The notes beneath the pieces are model-generated. The model was not told the origin of the DNA. It was given only the letters and a program-made list of their open reading frames with translations, and did no database searches. DNA of 64,000 bases, from NCBI GenBank assembly GCA_002382085.1, contig DFZK01000014.1, forward strand, positions 15,653 to 79,652, read 5' to 3'. The translations under genes and the position numbers were made by a program. Numbering within the stretch: position 1 is the first letter of the stretch; each line of letters opens with the position of its first letter. Origin of the DNA: Sulfurospirillum sp. UBA4058. GTDB taxonomy: Bacteria > Campylobacterota > Campylobacteria > Campylobacterales > Sulfurospirillaceae. Positions 1 to 9,893 of this stretch are shown here, piece by piece.

Positions 1-160
1 GCGGATGAATCCGAAAATTCTCGAAACCAATGTTCCGATACTGTTGGTAAAAAATGATTTAATAAGCATTTCGAATTTTATCCAAAAATCGTTTAAACAA
101 ATTTTTTATCTATTTTTTGCTAAGATACCCTTATATTTATTTTTGAATGTGCCGATATTT

Positions 161-185
161 AGGCTAGAACAAGCCTTTTTGTTTA
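161..185 (+). terminator. possible weak intrinsic terminator upstream of first gene
   Basis: AGGCT-agaaca-AGCCT stem-loop followed by TTTTTGTTT. Confidence 0.25.
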
Positions 186-207
186 TTAGAATTATGAGGA
201 AAATACT

Positions 208-2136
208 TTGGGACTGTTTGATAAAATTAAAGGAGTAAGCTCAAGCGAGACGGCTTTAAACGAAAGCCAAACGTCTGAGTTTAAATCCATCATCATCGAT
301 ACGACCAATGTTCACAAAGAACTGAAAAATATTGCGCTAGCCCAGCATGTCAAGTCGACGGAGTTGGGATTTAAGTTACTCAAAGTAACAACGTTTTTCA
401 GCGACGAAAAAAGCGAAAATAACGAAGTGACCGAAGAGCTGATGAAGCTTTTTTTAGACGATACGTTTTTGCTCAATCCTAACCTCAAAATTTCACAATA
501 CTATCGCGTCGAAATCTATAAAATCGACCCGACGCAAGAGACGATCGAACTTCCCGAAATCACGTTAAGCGGCAATAAAAATTTGACGAAAATTATCGCC
601 AAAGTCTCTCAAAGCCATCACGTCACCTATAGTTCGAAACTCGAAGAGATGATACTCCACGATATTCAAACCAAAAAAATCAAAGCGGGTATTTTGGTCG
701 GCATTCGCGATCAAAATATGTACAAAGAGGTCAAAAAACTCGTAGCGAATATTCGCGTGAACGGATTTTTAGATCAAGACGTTTCGTTCGTCGTTTGCCA
801 AGGCGTCGACGAAATCCCGTGCATTAACGACGATTTGATTTTTCACTATAAAAAAAAGATGAATGCGAAAACATCCGACGGTAAGGTCGATTATTCTAAA
901 CGCGGATACGTTTTGGCCGTTGAAAAAGACGAATGCATCATCGAATACGTCAAACCTCAGCCCGGAACACCCGGCCGCAATTGTCGAGGTGCTTTTTTGC
1001 CCGTCAAAGAACCGAGAAGAAGCAACGATACCGCCGTCGTCGTCTCGGCAAATATTACGAAAAAAGAGAATGAAACCGGCATTAAATACATCGCAAATCG
1101 CGGCGGATACGTTAATTTTGACAAAGGTAGCTACGACATTCAAGACCAGATGGAAATTAACGAAATCAGCTTTCGTTCTACCGGATCGATCGATACGAAC
1201 CTCAATTCAAATATCAAGATAAACATCAAAGAAAAAGATATTTTAAAAGACGCCATCGGTGCGGGTATGAGCGTTGAAACTTCCGAAGTCCACGTTCAAG
1301 GTAACATCGGAAGCGGAGCCAAGATTAAAGCCAAGCTTGCCGAAATCGGCGGACAAACGCATCAAAGTGCCCTAATCGAAGCCGATAAAATCATCATTGC
1401 GGTACATCGAGGCGAAGCCAACGGACAAGACGTCCAGATCGATCGTTTAGAAGGCGGCAAAGTCATCGCCGATACCGTACATGTCAAACAGATGATCGGC
1501 GGCGAAATTAATGCTAAGATCGTTAAAATCGAAAATCTCATTTCCAACGGGAAAATTACGGCTTCGGAAGTGATTGAAATTCAAGAGCTCAAAGGCAATA
1601 ATAACAAACTGATTATCGATCCAAGCGTGACCAAAGAGTTTAATGAAATGATCGCTTCGATCAATCGTAAAATCGAAAAGCTTGAAGAAGAACTCAAAGC
1701 CTATCCAAGACAACTCAGTGCAAAAAAAGAGTACATCGATAAAAACAAGCCGATGGCGGAAATGGTCAAAGAGAAAATTCTAGAGTTAAAACGAAACGGC
1801 GTCGAACCTCCCGTGACGCTTTTTGCTAAAATTAAAGATTTTCAAGAAAAAGTGTTGGACTACAATACGGTTTTACAAACCTTTAAAGACAAGAAAGAAG
1901 AGCTTCAAGAGTTTCGTGAAGATCTCAATAAAGTACAAAACAAAGTTTTTTCGGCTAAAATTATCAATCATTCCGCATGGAAAGAGTTTAACGAAGTGAG
2001 ATTCAAACTGATTTCACCGCCTAAAGACGTGACGTATAACCCGAAAGAGCATGAAGTTTCACGCGAAATTACGCTCAAAGACTTAGGCAACGGTGAGCAA
2101 AAAATTATACGTTCAAGCGAGTATAGCAGCAAATGA
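208..2136 (+). CDS. FapA/DUF342-like protein (flagellar assembly protein A family)
   Basis: TTG start after GAGGA RBS. Central beta-helix-like degenerate repeats (GSGAKIKAKLAEIGG..., GGKVIADTVHVKQMIGGEINAKIV) followed by a C-terminal coiled coil. Sits upstream of ruvA. Confidence 0.5.
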   Translation: MGLFDKIKGVSSSETALNESQTSEFKSIIIDTTNVHKELKNIALAQHVKSTELGFKLLKVTTFFSDEKSENNEVTEELMKLFLDDTFLLNPNLKISQYYRVEIYKIDPTQETIELPEITLSGNKNLTKIIAKVSQSHHVTYSSKLEEMILHDIQTKKIKAGILVGIRDQNMYKEVKKLVANIRVNGFLDQDVSFVVCQGVDEIPCINDDLIFHYKKKMNAKTSDGKVDYSKRGYVLAVEKDECIIEYVKPQPGTPGRNCRGAFLPVKEPRRSNDTAVVVSANITKKENETGIKYIANRGGYVNFDKGSYDIQDQMEINEISFRSTGSIDTNLNSNIKINIKEKDILKDAIGAGMSVETSEVHVQGNIGSGAKIKAKLAEIGGQTHQSALIEADKIIIAVHRGEANGQDVQIDRLEGGKVIADTVHVKQMIGGEINAKIVKIENLISNGKITASEVIEIQELKGNNNKLIIDPSVTKEFNEMIASINRKIEKLEEELKAYPRQLSAKKEYIDKNKPMAEMVKEKILELKRNGVEPPVTLFAKIKDFQEKVLDYNTVLQTFKDKKEELQEFREDLNKVQNKVFSAKIINHSAWKEFNEVRFKLISPPKDVTYNPKEHEVSREITLKDLGNGEQKIIRSSEYSSK

Positions 2137-2690
2137 TTGTAGGCATTGAAGGCAAAATCGTCAAAAAAGAGATCACCGCACTGCACCTTAAAATCGCTTC
2201 GGGCATCACGTATAAAGTCTTTATTTCGCTGTTTAGCCTCGGCAAAATTACCTCTGACGCGATCAGCTTACATGTAACACAAATTATTCGCGAAGATCAA
2301 CATAGCCTGTACGGTTTCGTCGACGAAAACGAAAAAAAAGTTTTCGACACCTTAATCAAGTTGAACGGCATCGGACCTTCAACCGCACTTGCGGTCTGTT
2401 CGACGCTGAGTCCCGACGATTTTGCACAAGCGTTATTAAGCCAAAACGTTCATGCCTTTCAAAAAGTTCCCGGTATCGGACCCAAAAGCGCAAAACGTAT
2501 TTTAGTCGAATTAAGCGACTTCTCGCTTCACTTATCCGATGAAGAAAGTAGCGGCGGCAGTATGCTGGAAGCGACTATGGCTTTGGAAAGTTTAGGCTTT
2601 AAAAAAGACGCGATCAAAAAAGCCTTAGGTTCTCTTCAAGGCGGCGATACGCAAACACTTATCAAAGAAGCTTTACGCAAGCTTAGTTAA
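2133..2690 (+). CDS. ruvA: Holliday junction DNA helicase subunit RuvA
   Basis: Two helix-hairpin-helix motifs (LNGIGPSTALAV, VPGIGPKSAKRILVEL); length 185 aa. Confidence 0.9.
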   Translation: MIVGIEGKIVKKEITALHLKIASGITYKVFISLFSLGKITSDAISLHVTQIIREDQHSLYGFVDENEKKVFDTLIKLNGIGPSTALAVCSTLSPDDFAQALLSQNVHAFQKVPGIGPKSAKRILVELSDFSLHLSDEESSGGSMLEATMALESLGFKKDAIKKALGSLQGGDTQTLIKEALRKLS

Positions 2691-2704
2691 AAGAAGGATA
2701 CTTT

Positions 2705-3742
2705 ATGACTCTAGCCGTTTTATTCGGAGCACACAGTTTTGAGCACGAAATCAGCGTCGTCAGTGCGATTGCGCTCAAAAAAATACTTCCGAAAACCAAA
2801 ATCGTCTATATTTTCTGCGATTACGATCGTAATTTTTACCTCATTCCGACCGAAACGATTACTTCAAAACGTTTTAGTAGCGGTGCCTATAAAAACGACA
2901 CGTTATTAACTCTGAAACAAGGCGGCTTTTACGCAAAAAAATTCTTAGGCGAAAGCAGAGTCGATTTTGACGTTATGGTCAATCTCGTTCACGGAATGGA
3001 CGGCGAAGACGGAACACTCAGTTCCATGTTGACGTTTTTCGGTGTTCCTTTTATCGGTCCACGCACCGAAGGCTGTGCTATCAGTTACAATAAACTCTTT
3101 ACCAAACTTTACGCGCAAGAAGTCGGCGTAAACGTTCTTGACTATCAAGTGCTACGCAAAGATTCTCACATGCCGATTCGCATCGAATATCCCTTGATCG
3201 TCAAACCGCTCCGTTTGGGAAGTTCTATCGGTATTAGTATCGTCAAAGAGGAAAAAGAACTCGCATACGCTTTAGACGTTGCTTATGAGTTTGACGACAC
3301 CGTTTTGATCGAACCGTTTAAAAAAGGGGTCAAAGAGTTTAATTTGGCGGGATGCAAAACCGACGATTTTATTTTTTCGATCGTCGAAGAGCCTCACAAA
3401 GAGGAATTTTTGGATTTTGAGAAAAAATACCTCGATTTTTCACGCACAAAGCGCGTCAACGAAGCTATGATCGACGAACGGCTTGAACAATCGATTCACG
3501 AAGCGTTTAAAAGACTGTACGATCCTTTGTTTATCGGTGCGTTGATCCGTTGCGATTTTTTCGTGATCGACGATGAAGTCTATCTTAATGAAATCAATCC
3601 GGTTCCAGGAAGTATGGCCAATTACCTCTTTGACGATTTTGAAGGGGTTTTATACGCCTTGAGCTATCATCTTCCGCAGGGTATTGCGATGCCCAAAGCG
3701 TATCGTTATATCAACTCGATTCAAGCCGCAAAAGGGAAATAA
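2705..3742 (+). CDS. ddl: D-alanine--D-alanine ligase
   Basis: EHEISVVSA N-terminus, ATP-grasp segment IVKPLRLGSSIGISIV, C-terminal LNEINPVPGS. Confidence 0.9.
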   Translation: MTLAVLFGAHSFEHEISVVSAIALKKILPKTKIVYIFCDYDRNFYLIPTETITSKRFSSGAYKNDTLLTLKQGGFYAKKFLGESRVDFDVMVNLVHGMDGEDGTLSSMLTFFGVPFIGPRTEGCAISYNKLFTKLYAQEVGVNVLDYQVLRKDSHMPIRIEYPLIVKPLRLGSSIGISIVKEEKELAYALDVAYEFDDTVLIEPFKKGVKEFNLAGCKTDDFIFSIVEEPHKEEFLDFEKKYLDFSRTKRVNEAMIDERLEQSIHEAFKRLYDPLFIGALIRCDFFVIDDEVYLNEINPVPGSMANYLFDDFEGVLYALSYHLPQGIAMPKAYRYINSIQAAKGK

Positions 3743-3799
3743 AAGTCTCTTTTGTGTATGATTTTACATAAAATTATGCACAAAAAGAGGTTCACTACG

Positions 3800-4027
3800 A
3801 TGATGACCTATGCAAAAGACGAAATAATGACGGCGACCGATATGGTTCGAAACTTTAGTACGGTTTTGGGAAGCATTACCAAAGGCAAACAAAAGCGCGT
3901 CGTTATCGTTAAAAACAATCGCTTTGAAGCGGTGATGATCCCTATAGACGCTTACGAAAAAATGAGCGAAGCCGTCACTATTTTGGAAAAAATTTACGCA
4001 AGTTCAAAAAAGAAGAGTGATGGCTAA
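3800..4027 (+). CDS. small Phd/YefM antitoxin-like protein
   Basis: ATG at 3800 preceded by AAGAGG. Pattern TATDMVRNFSTVLGSI...RVVIVKNNRFEAVMIPIDAYEKM resembles the YefM/Phd fold. Its stop overlaps the start of the next gene. Confidence 0.45.
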   Translation: MMTYAKDEIMTATDMVRNFSTVLGSITKGKQKRVVIVKNNRFEAVMIPIDAYEKMSEAVTILEKIYASSKKKSDG

Positions 4028-4742
4028 GAGAGAGATTTTATTTGAAGGTACGCGTTATCGTCTTAGCTACGAAATGTTGCGACCGCATTGTGAAAAGACC
4101 GTTTTATTTCTACACGGCTGGGGAAGCACTAAAGAGAGCATGAAACATGCTTTTAACAAAACGTTCCCGCACTGTACACACCTCTATCTGGACTTGCCCG
4201 GGTTTGGAGATTCGAGTATCGAAGAGCGTATTTTAGATTCCAAGGCATACGCCACGATCGTCAACGCATTTTTAGATGCCCTTGCGATTCGTCCGGTGAT
4301 GATCGTCGGTCACTCTTTCGGCGGTAAAGTCGCAACCCTACTGCACCCCGAAATTTTAGTCTTACTTTCAAGTGCGGGTATCGTTGCCCCAAAATCCTTC
4401 AAAGTACGCTTCAAAATAGCACTTTTTAAATGTTTTAAACCGTTTTTTCCAAAACGTTTTTACCGCTTTTTTGCGACTAAAGACGTTGAAGGGATGAGCG
4501 AAACGATGTATGAGATATTAAAACGCGTCGTCAATGAAGATTTTAGCGATATATTTGCTAAAATTCGCTCTCAAACTTTTATTTTTTGGGGCAAAGAAGA
4601 TAAAGCAACTCCGCTCTCAAGCGGGGAAGCCATCCATGCCCTTATTTCAGGTAGCCGTTTTTTACCTTTAGAAGGCGATCATTTCTTTTTTTTACGAAAC
4701 GGCGAAACGATCGAAAAAATTATCATGGAGTCTTTGGGTTGA
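4017..4742 (+). CDS. alpha/beta-fold hydrolase
   Basis: HGWGS and nucleophile elbow GHSFGG; C-terminal GDH. The start could be GTG 4017 or ATG 4020. Confidence 0.75.
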   Translation: MMAKREILFEGTRYRLSYEMLRPHCEKTVLFLHGWGSTKESMKHAFNKTFPHCTHLYLDLPGFGDSSIEERILDSKAYATIVNAFLDALAIRPVMIVGHSFGGKVATLLHPEILVLLSSAGIVAPKSFKVRFKIALFKCFKPFFPKRFYRFFATKDVEGMSETMYEILKRVVNEDFSDIFAKIRSQTFIFWGKEDKATPLSSGEAIHALISGSRFLPLEGDHFFFLRNGETIEKIIMESLG

Positions 4743-5011
4743 GTACGTATCGGATGATTGTTACGGGGCGCGTTCAGGGCGTTAATTATAGAAAATACGT
4801 GGTCGAAGTTGCCCATGCACTTGAGTATTACGGATACATCCGTAACCGAGCGGACGGAAGCGTCGAGGTGGTCATGAATGCCGATTATGAAGAAGATTTG
4901 GAATTTTTTATCAGTAAATTGTACGACGGTTCTTTGTTCTCCGACGTGAAAAACGTTACATGTGAAAAAATTGAATCGATGCATTTTGACACCTTCGAGA
5001 AGAGGGCATAA
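4739..5011 (+). CDS. acyP: acylphosphatase
   Basis: VTGRVQGVNYRKYV signature, ~90 aa. ATG at 4754 is an alternative start. Confidence 0.8.
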   Translation: MSTYRMIVTGRVQGVNYRKYVVEVAHALEYYGYIRNRADGSVEVVMNADYEEDLEFFISKLYDGSLFSDVKNVTCEKIESMHFDTFEKRA

Positions 5012-6453
5012 TGGAACTTTTACTGCATGTAAGTGCACAAGTGTGTTTAACGTTGGGGCTTGGCTACTATTTTATGAGTGCTATGCAATGGTACTCCTAC
5101 CGATTAAAGCGTTTATGTTTTCACTACCATCGTTACGATTGGCATTTTTACTTTCTCGCCGTACCGCTTGCGGGCTATTATCTTTTATCGGAATGGTTTG
5201 TGCTGCTTTGGAGCATCGGCTATCTCGTTTTTCTTTTCGTATGGAACCGTAAACTGGATAAAAAACTCGTTTTTACCCCTCGTATTAAGCGTTTTTTTCT
5301 CTTTTTACTCTTAGCAACGTTGTTTCAAGATACGCTATGTATCGGCGTTTGGCACGGTTGCGAGAAATTCGGTGTTGTGATTCCGCTTTTAACGGCACAT
5401 TTGATCGCCATTGCGTACGAAAAAATACTCTTTGAAGGCTTTAAACGATCTGCACGTCAAAAATTAATGCACAATCCTTCGTTAAAAGTCGTAGCGATTA
5501 CGGCAAGTTACGGTAAAACCAGTATTAAGAATTTTTTGGCACATATCCTCTCTTCCTCGTATCGGGTTTATAAAACACCTCGCAGCGTCAATACCTTAGG
5601 CGGTATTATTAAAGACATTAACGACAACCTGCCCGAAGAAGCATGCGACGTTTATATCGTCGAAGCCGGTGCTAGGCTTAAAGGCGACATCGACGAAATC
5701 GCACGTTTTGTCAATCCGCATATTGCCGTCGTAGGATCGATCGGTGCTCAACATATCGAATACTTTAAAACACTCGAAAACATTCGTAATACGAAAATGG
5801 AGCTTTTGCACTCCTCGCGTCTTGAAAAAGCGTTCGTTCATGAGAGTGCCAATGCCAAAGAGGGCGGAGTCGTGAGTGTTTTCGGTTCAGAAATTACGCA
5901 CATCGACGCCACGTTAAACGGATTAGCCTTTACGCTTCCGATCGAGGGGAAGGAAGAACGCTTTTACTGTAAGCTTTTGGGAGCGTTTAACGCCGTCAAT
6001 TTAAGTGCGGCTATTTACGTTGCACGGACGCTCGGTATCGATACGGAAGCGATTCGCTTCGCAGTTTCTACGCTACGAAGCGTCGAACATCGTTTAGAAC
6101 GTATTGAAGCCGGTGGAAAAATCATTATCGACGATAGTTTTAACGGTAATTTGGAAGGAATGCTCGGTTCATACGATTTAATCGCGACGTATCAAGGTCG
6201 TAAAGTGATTATTACGCCGGGTATCGTTGAAAGCAACGAACATGACAACAGGCTTTTGGCGGAAAAAATCGACGCCGTTTTCGATCTGGTGATTATCACC
6301 GGAAAAACAAATGTTACGATACTAAACAAATCGATTCAAAAAGCTCAGAAAGTTATTTTATCCGATAAAAGCAAACTCCAAGACGTATTAGCCGAATTTA
6401 CGCACAAAGGCGATATTATTCTTTTTTCCAACGATGCACCGAATTTTATGTAA
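5011..6453 (+). CDS. murF: Mur ligase, UDP-MurNAc-tripeptide--D-Ala-D-Ala ligase-like, with hydrophobic N-terminal extension
   Basis: P-loop ITASYGKTSIKNFL, DDSFNGN motif, and ddl-linked synteny. The first ~135 aa are strongly hydrophobic. Confidence 0.8.
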   Translation: MELLLHVSAQVCLTLGLGYYFMSAMQWYSYRLKRLCFHYHRYDWHFYFLAVPLAGYYLLSEWFVLLWSIGYLVFLFVWNRKLDKKLVFTPRIKRFFLFLLLATLFQDTLCIGVWHGCEKFGVVIPLLTAHLIAIAYEKILFEGFKRSARQKLMHNPSLKVVAITASYGKTSIKNFLAHILSSSYRVYKTPRSVNTLGGIIKDINDNLPEEACDVYIVEAGARLKGDIDEIARFVNPHIAVVGSIGAQHIEYFKTLENIRNTKMELLHSSRLEKAFVHESANAKEGGVVSVFGSEITHIDATLNGLAFTLPIEGKEERFYCKLLGAFNAVNLSAAIYVARTLGIDTEAIRFAVSTLRSVEHRLERIEAGGKIIIDDSFNGNLEGMLGSYDLIATYQGRKVIITPGIVESNEHDNRLLAEKIDAVFDLVIITGKTNVTILNKSIQKAQKVILSDKSKLQDVLAEFTHKGDIILFSNDAPNFM

Positions 6454-6528
6454 TCATTTTATTTTGTTATATCTTTATTAGACGTTTGCTATAGTATAGT
6501 GAGTAGAGTTACATTTAAAAGGAGAGAG

Positions 6529-8637
6529 ATGAAAACGAAAAGTTTGTATATTTCATCGCTAGCACCTGCGGCCGGTAGTTTGGTCGTAGCGATGGGTATC
6601 ATGGAGCTTTTAAAAGGACGTCTAGGCAAAGTTGCTTTTTTCCGCCCCGTCGTTGCGGACGACAAAACGGTCGATAAAGATATCGAGTTTATGCTTGAAC
6701 ACTATGCTTTGGGTATGGACGTTCATGAAATGGTCGGTTATAGCGTTCACGAAGTCGAGAGTTTGGTCGCCGAAAATAAATACAACGAAGTGCTCGAGAC
6801 ATTGATCGATAAATTGAAAAATTTAGAGAGCCGATACGACTTTGTGTTGATTGAAGGATTAAATCAATCTAATTTTTCGCCGACGATCGATTTTGATATT
6901 AATCTCTCCATCGCCAAAAATCTTAGTAGTCCTTTTATTAGCGTTTTAAAAGGTAAGGGTAAAAACGTTAAAGAGGTGATTGACGAAATTCATATTGAAG
7001 CCGAAGCCATCAAAGCTGCCGGCTGTCACCACTTTGCAACTTTTGTCAACCGTTTAGGCGAAACCGAATGGGAAGCACTCAAAGAGTTGACTCAAAAAGA
7101 GTCCCTGCAAGAAGCACCCCTATACTTTTTGCAAGAAATCCCCGAACTCGATACGCCTACCGTCGCCGAAATTAAAAAAGCGTTAGGATGCGTTCATATT
7201 TACGGAGAAGAAAAAGACTTACGCCGTGTGGTCAAACAAAGCAAAATCGCCGCTATGAAACTTGACAACTTTTTAGAATACATCGAAGACGGCGATTTGA
7301 TTATTACTTCGGGAGATCGATCCGATATTATCGTCGGTTGTTTAAGCACCGTTTTTTCCAATAACTATCCGAATATCTCGGGTATTTTGTTAACCGCCGG
7401 TATGATGCCGCACAAATCTATTAACAAACTGATTGCAGGCTTTAAAGACCTTTCCATACCCATTTTAAGCGTCGATGAGGGCACGTTTACGACTGCCGTC
7501 AACGTTGCCAACGTACCTGCACGCATTACGCCTCAAAGCGTACGTAAAATTGCGCTTGCTATGGGACTTTTTTCATCCAACGTCAATATCGAAGAGATGC
7601 ATCGATCGATCAATATGCCTTCTTCCGCAAGCTCGATCACGCCGGTAATGTTTGAATACGCCTTGTTTGAAAGAGCGCGAAGAGACCGTAAACGAATTGT
7701 TTTACCGGAAAGTAACGATGAGCGTATTTTACGTGCAACGGAGATTTTGCTTCGACGCGATGTTGCCGATATCATCTTACTCGGCGTTGAAGAAGAAGTT
7801 CGCCAAAAAAGCGCGACTTTAGGGTTGGATATTAGTAAAGCGACCATTATCGATCCGTTGAACTCTTCATTCATGGACTCTTTTGTGACCTCTTTTTACG
7901 AGATGCGTAAAGCCAAAGGTTTAACCCTCGAAGTCGCCAAAGACAGCATGATGATGAAAAATTATTTCGGTACGATGATGGTTTATTTGGGACATGCCGA
8001 CGGCATGGTCTCCGGTGCGATTCATACGACGCAAGAGACGATTCGTCCGGCACTTCAAATCATCAAAACCAAACCGGGCATTTCCATCGTATCAAGCCTC
8101 TTTTTTATGTGTTTAGATACGCGTGTTTTAGTTTACGGAGACTGTGCCGTTAACCAAGATCCTAACGCGGAAGAGTTAGCGCAAATTGCTATTTCTTCGG
8201 CCGATACGGCAAAAATGTTCGGTATCGAACCGAAAATCGCAATGCTTTCGTACTCCACGGGAGATTCCGGAAAAGGCGAAGAGGTCGAAAAAGTACGTTT
8301 AGCAACCAAAATCGTCAAAGAAGCCCGTCCCGATCTGTTGGTCGAAGGACCGATACAATACGATGCCGCAATCGATCCGACCGTCGCAAAAACAAAATTA
8401 CCGAATAGCCACGTTGCGGGTCAAGCGACGATTTTTATCTTCCCGGATCTTAATACGGGTAATAACACCTATAAAGCGGTTCAACGTAGCTCCGGTGCCG
8501 TTGCTATCGGACCCGTATTGCAAGGTTTACGCAAACCGGTCAATGATCTGAGTCGAGGTTGTTTGGTTCCCGATATCGTCAATACGGTTGCCATTACCGC
8601 CATCCAAGCACAAAGCGGAGAAGGGGAAGCACAATGA
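6529..8637 (+). CDS. pta: phosphate acetyltransferase (long form with N-terminal DRTGG-type region)
   Basis: C-terminal PTA_PTB motifs (SGAIHTTQETIRPALQIIKT, YGDCAVN). ATG 6529 follows AAAAGGAGAG. The ATGA overlap with ackA indicates coupling. Confidence 0.9.
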   Translation: MKTKSLYISSLAPAAGSLVVAMGIMELLKGRLGKVAFFRPVVADDKTVDKDIEFMLEHYALGMDVHEMVGYSVHEVESLVAENKYNEVLETLIDKLKNLESRYDFVLIEGLNQSNFSPTIDFDINLSIAKNLSSPFISVLKGKGKNVKEVIDEIHIEAEAIKAAGCHHFATFVNRLGETEWEALKELTQKESLQEAPLYFLQEIPELDTPTVAEIKKALGCVHIYGEEKDLRRVVKQSKIAAMKLDNFLEYIEDGDLIITSGDRSDIIVGCLSTVFSNNYPNISGILLTAGMMPHKSINKLIAGFKDLSIPILSVDEGTFTTAVNVANVPARITPQSVRKIALAMGLFSSNVNIEEMHRSINMPSSASSITPVMFEYALFERARRDRKRIVLPESNDERILRATEILLRRDVADIILLGVEEEVRQKSATLGLDISKATIIDPLNSSFMDSFVTSFYEMRKAKGLTLEVAKDSMMMKNYFGTMMVYLGHADGMVSGAIHTTQETIRPALQIIKTKPGISIVSSLFFMCLDTRVLVYGDCAVNQDPNAEELAQIAISSADTAKMFGIEPKIAMLSYSTGDSGKGEEVEKVRLATKIVKEARPDLLVEGPIQYDAAIDPTVAKTKLPNSHVAGQATIFIFPDLNTGNNTYKAVQRSSGAVAIGPVLQGLRKPVNDLSRGCLVPDIVNTVAITAIQAQSGEGEAQ

Positions 8638-9854
8638 AAATCTTAGTGCTCAATGCCGGGAGTTCTTCGATCAAGTACCAATTGATCAATATGGAAAACT
8701 ATGCCGTTATTGCAAGCGGCTTAATCGAGCAAATCGGAGAAAACTCATCGCTAGCGCGTATTAAATACCTCGATAAAGAGGGCAGTGAACAAAAAATTGA
8801 GCATAAATTGCCGATTCCAAACCATGAAATCGCCTTGAAACTGATGAGTGCACTTTTGATCGAATCAAGTGCCATTCACGATTTAAATGATCTTGACGGA
8901 ATAGGGCATCGCGTCGTACAAGGAGGCTCTTCTTTTCGCGAACCCGTGATCGTCGACGAATGGGTCGCTTCGGAAATCGAACGCTTGATTCCTTTAGCCC
9001 CGTTGCACAATCCGGGGCATTTAGCCGGCATCAAAGTCTCTTTGGAGCAAAGTCCTAGCGTTCCGCAAGTCGTCGTATTCGATACGGCATTTCATGCAAC
9101 GATGCCTCCGCATGCTTACATGTATGCAATTCCCTATCATTATTACGAAAATTTGAAAATCAGACGTTACGGTTTTCACGGAACTTCGCATCGTTTTGTC
9201 GCAAAAGAGGCGGCAAAATTTATGGGTAAAAAGCTTTCCCAACTCAATGCCATTACCCTGCACTTAGGAAACGGTGCTAGCGTGAGTGCCATTCAAAATG
9301 GTCAGAGCGTCGATACGTCTATGGGCTTAACGCCGCTTGAAGGCTTGATGATGGGTACGCGAAGCGGCGATATCGATCCCGCCGTTTTATTTTACCTTGC
9401 ACGCAAAGAGGGTTTGGATATCGAAACATTGGATCGCGTCTTAAATAAGGAAAGCGGTCTCAAAGGTATTTGCGGCATTAACGATATGCGTGAAGTCGGG
9501 CAAATGGCAGAAGAGGGTAACGAAAAAGCACAATTAGCATTGGAAATGTTCAACTATCGCATCAAAAAATACATCGGTGCTTACAGTGCCGCACTAGGAC
9601 GCGTCGATTGTATCGTATTTACCGGCGGTATCGGAGAAAATGCCGTAAACGTTCGCGCTAAGAGTTGCGAAAACTTGCAAAATTTAGGAATTGAAATTGA
9701 TCCGATTCTTAATCAAAAGCGTTCCTCCCGCACGATGCAAATTAGCACGAAAGAGAGTCCGGTAACGGTGCTTGTCATTCCGACAAACGAGGAATTGGAG
9801 ATTGCCTTACAGACGCAAGAAGTCATTGTAGCACACAAGCAAAAGCATTCATAA
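8634..9854 (+). CDS. ackA: acetate kinase
   Basis: KILVLNAGSSSIKYQL, GFHGTSH, VFTGGIGEN. The upstream part of the tracked ORF is read-through of the pta 3' end. Confidence 0.95.
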   Translation: MKILVLNAGSSSIKYQLINMENYAVIASGLIEQIGENSSLARIKYLDKEGSEQKIEHKLPIPNHEIALKLMSALLIESSAIHDLNDLDGIGHRVVQGGSSFREPVIVDEWVASEIERLIPLAPLHNPGHLAGIKVSLEQSPSVPQVVVFDTAFHATMPPHAYMYAIPYHYYENLKIRRYGFHGTSHRFVAKEAAKFMGKKLSQLNAITLHLGNGASVSAIQNGQSVDTSMGLTPLEGLMMGTRSGDIDPAVLFYLARKEGLDIETLDRVLNKESGLKGICGINDMREVGQMAEEGNEKAQLALEMFNYRIKKYIGAYSAALGRVDCIVFTGGIGENAVNVRAKSCENLQNLGIEIDPILNQKRSSRTMQISTKESPVTVLVIPTNEELEIALQTQEVIVAHKQKHS

Positions 9855-9861
9855 AACCTTT

Positions 9862-9888
9862 ACATGTAGGAGATTTTCTCCTACATGT
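9862..9888. terminator. perfect 12-bp-stem hairpin between convergent ackA and yqeY-like gene
   Basis: ACATGTAGGAGA-ttt-TCTCCTACATGT; each arm contains the ACATGT core of the iterated palindrome. Confidence 0.6.
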
Positions 9889-9893
9889 CGCTT

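Noticed and set aside
5-238. 77-aa ORF at the window start
   Set aside because: Its translation becomes AT-rich low-complexity sequence, it runs through a terminator-like hairpin (161-185), and it overlaps the RBS and start of the next gene. A different frame closes at 55-57 and may be the real end of an upstream gene, but this cannot be established from 57 nt.
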